A stretch of 64,000 bases of DNA, taken from contig OY760937.1 of the NCBI GenBank assembly GCA_963664225.1, positions 1,760,001 through 1,824,000 of the forward strand, read 5' to 3'. Source of the stretch: Verrucomicrobiia bacterium (GTDB lineage: Bacteria; Verrucomicrobiota; Verrucomicrobiia; Limisphaerales; UBA1319). Below are positions 59,218-64,000 of this stretch, in pieces. Within the stretch, counting starts at the first letter, position 1, and each line of letters starts with the position of its first letter. Under the pieces are notes generated by a model. The model had not been told where the DNA came from, ran no database searches, and saw only the letters and a list, made by a program, of their open reading frames with translations. The translations under genes were made by a program, and so were the position numbers.

Positions 59218-60837
59218 ATGGTTTTTAACTCACTCGTATTCCTGATTTTTTTGGGAATCGTTTTGATTCTGTACTTTCGGTTGAACTTCCGGGGGCAGAA
59301 TTGGATGCTGATCTGCGCCAGCTACCTTTTTTATGGCTGGTGGGATTATCGTTTTTTGGCGCTGCTGCTGTTTACGACGTTTTTCGATTATTATTGCGCC
59401 TTGTGGATCGATCGGGAGTCGAATTCCAAAAGACGGAAACTCCTGCTGGCTTCGAGCATGACGGTGAATCTGGGCGTGCTGTGCATTTTCAAGTATTTCA
59501 ATTTCTTCATGGATAGCCTGCAAAGCGCCATGGGGACTGTCGGTGTCACCATGAGCTTTCCGATGCTGCATGTCGTTCTGCCGGTCGGAATATCGTTTTA
59601 TACCTTTTTGTCGATGAGCTACACCATCGACGTTTACCGGAGGGAGTTGAAAGCGACAAATAATCCCAGCGATTTCATGCTCTACGTGGCGTTTTTTCCG
59701 CATTTGGTGGCCGGACCCATCGTTCGCGCCTCAATCCTGCTGCCCCAATGTCAAAAGCCGCGCACGATCATCCCGGCAGAGGTGGCCAATGGCCTCTGGC
59801 TCATTCTCATGGGATTTGTCAAAAAAGTCGTGATTGCCGATCGTCTGGCGCAAGTCGTCAACTGGGGTTTCACTGGAGGTGTGCCGCCTTATGCGGATGC
59901 GAATTCGTGGTTGATCATCTACGCCTTTGCGTTCCAGATTTACGGCGATTTTTCAGGGTACTCGGACATTGCGCGGGGGGTGTCCAAGCTGATGGGATTT
60001 GAACTGGTGGAAAATTTCCGGGCGCCCTACCTGGTAACCAATCCATCGGCCTTTTGGCGGCACTGGCACATCAGCCTCTCCACCTGGCTGCGGGATTACC
60101 TGTATATACCGCTGGGGGGGAATCGATACGGGTCGTATAAGACTTATCGCAATCTGATGATTACCATGTTGCTGGGCGGGCTGTGGCATGGTGCGGGCGC
60201 GGCCTATGTTCTGTGGGGGCTTTATCATGGGGTGTTGTTGGCGGCACAGAGGGCATGGAACGGGGTCATGGAGCGGGTTTGCGGCCAGAGGGCCTCATTG
60301 TCCACGGTTTCACAAATCCAGGCAAAGGCCATGGTGCATCCAAGGGTCGAACGGGAATTGGTGCCGGTGGGAATTCAGGAAGCGCCAATGGATTGTGAGG
60401 GGAAGAATCGCCAAAAATCGGGAGTGCGGGAAACCGTGGCAGCCACCGATGAACAGACCTCCATACCGTTGCAGACCGCGTCTCCGATATTCGCAATGCT
60501 CAAGAACGCGGTGTTCGTCCTATTGTTTTTTCATTTAACGTGCCTGGGATGGCTGCTTTTCCGCGCCGGCGCGCTTCCCCACGGAGTGAACCAGGTGAAA
60601 TGCGTTACGGATTACCTCCACACGCTGATGGTTTTTCCGTCAGCCTTCAGTCCCATGGGCCAGGGAGTCCTATTGCTGGGTGGGGTGGCCTTGTTCTTTC
60701 AGTGGAAATATGATGCGATGAATCGTTTCTCACAATGGTCGGACGGTTGGAAGGCGATCGGTGTGATCACGGCCATTGCGGCCATTGCCGGGCTCGGAGT
60801 CTTCGAAGGCTCCCAATTCATTTACTTCCAATTCTAA
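59218..60837 (+). CDS. MBOAT O-acyltransferase (AlgI/DltB-like)
   Basis: LPVGISFYTF, FFPHLVAGPI, DFSGYSD, FWRHWHISLSTWLRDYLYIPLGG, GLWHGA and FIYFQF motifs. Confidence 0.95.
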   Translation: MVFNSLVFLIFLGIVLILYFRLNFRGQNWMLICASYLFYGWWDYRFLALLLFTTFFDYYCALWIDRESNSKRRKLLLASSMTVNLGVLCIFKYFNFFMDSLQSAMGTVGVTMSFPMLHVVLPVGISFYTFLSMSYTIDVYRRELKATNNPSDFMLYVAFFPHLVAGPIVRASILLPQCQKPRTIIPAEVANGLWLILMGFVKKVVIADRLAQVVNWGFTGGVPPYADANSWLIIYAFAFQIYGDFSGYSDIARGVSKLMGFELVENFRAPYLVTNPSAFWRHWHISLSTWLRDYLYIPLGGNRYGSYKTYRNLMITMLLGGLWHGAGAAYVLWGLYHGVLLAAQRAWNGVMERVCGQRASLSTVSQIQAKAMVHPRVERELVPVGIQEAPMDCEGKNRQKSGVRETVAATDEQTSIPLQTASPIFAMLKNAVFVLLFFHLTCLGWLLFRAGALPHGVNQVKCVTDYLHTLMVFPSAFSPMGQGVLLLGGVALFFQWKYDAMNRFSQWSDGWKAIGVITAIAAIAGLGVFEGSQFIYFQF

Positions 60838-60839
60838 AC

Positions 60840-62090
60840 ATGAGACGCACTTTTGTTTTTGCCTCGCTGGCGCTGAGCGCGGTTGCATGGATGGCCTACG
60901 GGCTGCTGGGGCATTCCCTAGCGGGTTGGATCGGCCGGAAATGGGGCGGCCAAATGCTGCGCATGGGGGATGGCAAGTTTTCCGATGCGGCGGCGTTTAT
61001 GGAGCATCGCTTTTTTGATGCGGCATTGCTATTCACAACGGGCATCGGGCTCCTGCTGGTGGCTGCGGCCCTGGGGGCCCTGCTTGGACGGAGGTTGCCC
61101 AGATTATGGAAGTGGATCCCCCATGCCGTCACGGGGTTTGCCGCGTTGAATATCTGGATCAAGATTGCGATGGGGACCTGCCTGTTCTGGTGCTTCTTCT
61201 GGAATGGGAAGAACAAGACCGACAATTTCACCCAGTTCCATATCAAATTGCAGTTGATGGACGAGAATCCGGCGCCTGTCAAAGTGGTGCTCGGGGGATC
61301 CAGCCAGACGCGCACCCAGATTGACCACCGTCTATTGAATCACCGGCTGGGACCCGATCTTTTCTCCACCGAGCTGCATTTTCCAGGGAGTTACGGGTTT
61401 GATTTTCTGTTTCTGGATCGCAAGCTGGCAGGGCACAAGGCGGACATCATTGTTTGCTATTTAAGCGAGGTGAACTTTTTCAACGACGGTCTGAGCGTTG
61501 GGTTCCCCCTGTTTTTCTCCTTTGGCGATCTGCCTGATTTTCTCCGGCTTGGCGGCAATTTGCAGTGGGACAAAAAGGCCGAGGGTTACGGATTATTGAG
61601 CCATGTCCTGCCAGCCTTTCAATTGCGGGAATCCCTTGCCCAACGACTTCTCGGCGATGATGTGGCAAAGGTGCGACAACGCCAGCGGGACACCACGTTG
61701 AGCACCAATATGCACGAACGCGTGATCGAAGCGGCAGCCACGTATCATGGGAAAGAGCAGAGTGCGTTTGAGATGGCCGCGTTCGAGCTATTCGTTGCGC
61801 GATGCCAGGCGGAACACAGAACCGTGGTCCTTTGTTGCGGCCAGGTTAATCCCCTGCTTGCCCGCGAACTGGATCCCGCGCTGCGCCCTCAAATGGTGAG
61901 CTTCCTGAAGTCACTGGCCGCGCACCATGACAACGTGGTGTTGCTGGAGGAATCCGCGCTGCCCAAACAGACGCCGGAGGATTATGAGGACCTGACTCAT
62001 GTAAATCCTGAGACACAGGTTCGATTTACCGAGGCATTGGGAGATGTGCTGGAAAAGCTGATCCGACGCAAGGAAGTTGCTGCGAAATGA
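60840..62090 (+). CDS. Hypothetical membrane-anchored SGNH-like partner of MBOAT
   Basis: N-terminal TMs; GGSS block and DLTH (DxxH); 2 nt after the MBOAT stop. Confidence 0.7.
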   Translation: MRRTFVFASLALSAVAWMAYGLLGHSLAGWIGRKWGGQMLRMGDGKFSDAAAFMEHRFFDAALLFTTGIGLLLVAAALGALLGRRLPRLWKWIPHAVTGFAALNIWIKIAMGTCLFWCFFWNGKNKTDNFTQFHIKLQLMDENPAPVKVVLGGSSQTRTQIDHRLLNHRLGPDLFSTELHFPGSYGFDFLFLDRKLAGHKADIIVCYLSEVNFFNDGLSVGFPLFFSFGDLPDFLRLGGNLQWDKKAEGYGLLSHVLPAFQLRESLAQRLLGDDVAKVRQRQRDTTLSTNMHERVIEAAATYHGKEQSAFEMAAFELFVARCQAEHRTVVLCCGQVNPLLARELDPALRPQMVSFLKSLAAHHDNVVLLEESALPKQTPEDYEDLTHVNPETQVRFTEALGDVLEKLIRRKEVAAK

Positions 62091-62262
62091 CTCTGAAACG
62101 GTGAACTGGTAACGAACGGATTCACCATAAAACCAGATCGGTGTGTAACGATCATGGATCGTCAGCAGACGATCAATCCCCCGCCCGAGCAAAGCAGCGC
62201 ATCGACTATCTGCAATCTGGCTGGCGTGCAGATATCTCCTCTGGAGTTTATTGCGTCCGCCA

Positions 62263-62574
62263 TCAAAGCCAGCACACGCCCACCAACAACGCAAAGAAAA
62301 GAGCAGGCGCGAGGATCAGGCGTCCCAGTTCGCCTCGGCGCTGCAGGCGTTTTCCAAAGAGGAGGAGGTAAAGAATCCAGCCAAGGATCTGAGCCACCAT
62401 GACCGGATTGGGGCCTATGAATTTAAGATGTCCATGCCCCCAGAGCGGCAGGATGAAAAAGGTGACCATGGCAAGCAGGCTAACATACCGCATCTCATCC
62501 GCCTCCGGCGACCAGAGCGAACGGTTTAAGGCGCGCAGACAACGGAGAAGGAAATGGGGTTTGGCGGCGTTCAT
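62263..62574 (-). CDS. Small hypothetical membrane protein
   Basis: 103 aa with three hydrophobic segments. Confidence 0.5.
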   Translation of the reverse strand: MNAAKPHFLLRCLRALNRSLWSPEADEMRYVSLLAMVTFFILPLWGHGHLKFIGPNPVMVAQILGWILYLLLFGKRLQRRGELGRLILAPALFFALLVGVCWL

Positions 62575-62644
62575 TGTCCCTTGATCCGTTTGCGCTGTCT
62601 GGCTTCGATTTTCCGGATGTTTTCCACAATTGGCCCTTCCACCC

Positions 62645-63103
62645 TCATTTCAAAACCAGATGTACTAGCGCGCCCACCATCCATACGATGAGAAAAACCC
62701 AGAGTAAGACTCCAGCAATGCGCGTGGCTCGTGTGTCGGTCCAATAGATTTTGTCGCACTTAACACATCGAACCTGCTGCTCGCGGCTCGCGCCCCAAAG
62801 TGCCGCAAACAGCCAGCCACCCAAGGCAAAGAACCACGGATTGTGCAAAGTCCGCAAAATGCCTGCGGCCTGCCACTCAGCGCATCCACATTGTGGACAG
62901 GATTTGCCGGGCGCGGTGACTTTCGCCCACAACAGAGCGTATGCACCCCATAGGGGAAGCAGCCCCAGGAAGAGAAACATAACGGCAACCATCCACAGCG
63001 GAACCTGCGAATCCGGATCAAAAACCAGAACGAAGGTACTAAGCAAAAACATGACACCAACAGTGGCGAGCAGAATTCCTGAGATGTGCTTCAATGCTCG
63101 CAT
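62645..63103 (-). CDS. Hypothetical membrane protein with Zn-ribbon
   Basis: TMs plus CPQC..CVKC; SD AGGGAA upstream. Confidence 0.68.
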   Translation of the reverse strand: MRALKHISGILLATVGVMFLLSTFVLVFDPDSQVPLWMVAVMFLFLGLLPLWGAYALLWAKVTAPGKSCPQCGCAEWQAAGILRTLHNPWFFALGGWLFAALWGASREQQVRCVKCDKIYWTDTRATRIAGVLLWVFLIVWMVGALVHLVLK

Positions 63104-63130
63104 AAGACCATTCCCTTGTTCGCCTCCAGT

Positions 63131-63496
63131 TTACAGTGCATTGATAATTGCATCCAAGAGCCTCGCCGAGCCGTTCGCTGTCAACTTTTGCAGTTCACGG
63201 TCAATATAAGACTTCCTGCCGAGAATGCCGCAGAGAATGATGAAGATGCAGCCCAACCCAAACAGCACCCAAATCCACCATGGGGCACCGCCACGATAGC
63301 ACGTATAGGCTAAGGCACCCACCAACAGGCCCATCACAGAAATTGCGACTCTCTTCCATGATTCCACGGTTTGAATTTTCAACTGAAGCACTTCTTCTTT
63401 CGTGAGCGGTCGTCCGGCCTTTCTGCTTTTGTGTTGTGCCAGTCGTATCGCTTGACGAGATAGGACGTCCGGATTCATGGCATTTGTGGCAAACAT
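63131..63496 (-). CDS. Hypothetical membrane protein
   Basis: 121 aa with two TM helices. Confidence 0.6.
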   Translation of the reverse strand: MFATNAMNPDVLSRQAIRLAQHKSRKAGRPLTKEEVLQLKIQTVESWKRVAISVMGLLVGALAYTCYRGGAPWWIWVLFGLGCIFIILCGILGRKSYIDRELQKLTANGSARLLDAIINAL

Positions 63497-63662
63497 TATT
63501 ATTTTCTCAAACTCAACACCGGAAATGAACCGGTCTTTCAGTGGTTTATGCGGGAAATAATATCAATCATTATCTTCGCGAGCAAGACAATAGCAGGTGC
63601 GCGCGAAATGATTTTACGACGTAGGAAATCGCGCGCGCGAAGGCGCAAAAGGAAGGGGGCTG

Positions 63663-63810
63663 TTAACATGGATAATCAGGATGGTCAGGATGTGGAAAAG
63701 GGGGATTTGATTCAACGCTTACAGCGTTGGAATTTCTCTGGGGGCGAGCACCCCGGGTGGCTCGTTCCTCGCGACCCGGGGCTGATTGATTGCAATCCCT
63801 ACAGGATTGC
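63663..63810. repeat. Cluster of REP-like repeats
   Basis: TTAACATGGATAATCAGGATGGTCAGGATG (near copy of 8857-8886), a CAACGC/GCGTTG hairpin, CCCCGGGT..ACCCGGGG and CAATCC..GGATTG hairpins. Confidence 0.72.
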
Positions 63811-64000
63811 GCTTCCTGGCACGAAGGTCACGGTGTGGCGGTCACTGTTGTAACAAGTATTACCAAGGGCAGCGGACGAAACGTTTATAGGACAAAACCT
63901 TCTGGAACAAAGAAGGCGCTTAACGCCCCTGATACGACGCTCCCCACTTGTGACAATTCAGGTTTTGGGGCCAGGGTGATGAGGCACACAATATGGGGCC

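Noticed and set aside
62263..63496. Integron cassette array
   Set aside because: The genes are small, co-oriented and lower in GC, but I found no convincing attC sites and no integrase.

Overview
GC-rich bacterial chromosomal window, probably Verrucomicrobiota (Pedosphaera/Limisphaera-like). That is inferred from rnhC, a PEP-CTERM gene, an HzsA-like protein, the C-terminal motifs of the large secreted proteins and the intergenic repeat types. The backbone is housekeeping: dapA(3' end)-dapB-folK, mutL, ychF, ldhA, mutY, rnhC, cyclophilin, rimO-pgsA-pgpA and pfk/pgk-tpiA-secG. It is interspersed with signalling genes, large secreted proteins and REP-like repeats. The strongest signals are non-coding. 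(1) Two IS110 (IS621-like) elements carry left-end bridge RNAs that can be read directly from the sequence. Both have the same donor junction (ACCGTTGCTTGTAT), but different target guides matching their own insertion sites; one site is a REP hairpin in a tandem array. (2) A 620-nt ORF-less class IIC group II intron sits precisely inside a REP-like hairpin motif, with a candidate EBS1 complementary to the 5' exon, 131 bp from the second IS110. (3) A GxxExxY nuclease-family gene is bracketed by inverted 10-nt-period triple repeats, and related motifs are scattered through the intergenic DNA. All calls are by eye without database searches; several start codons are best estimates.
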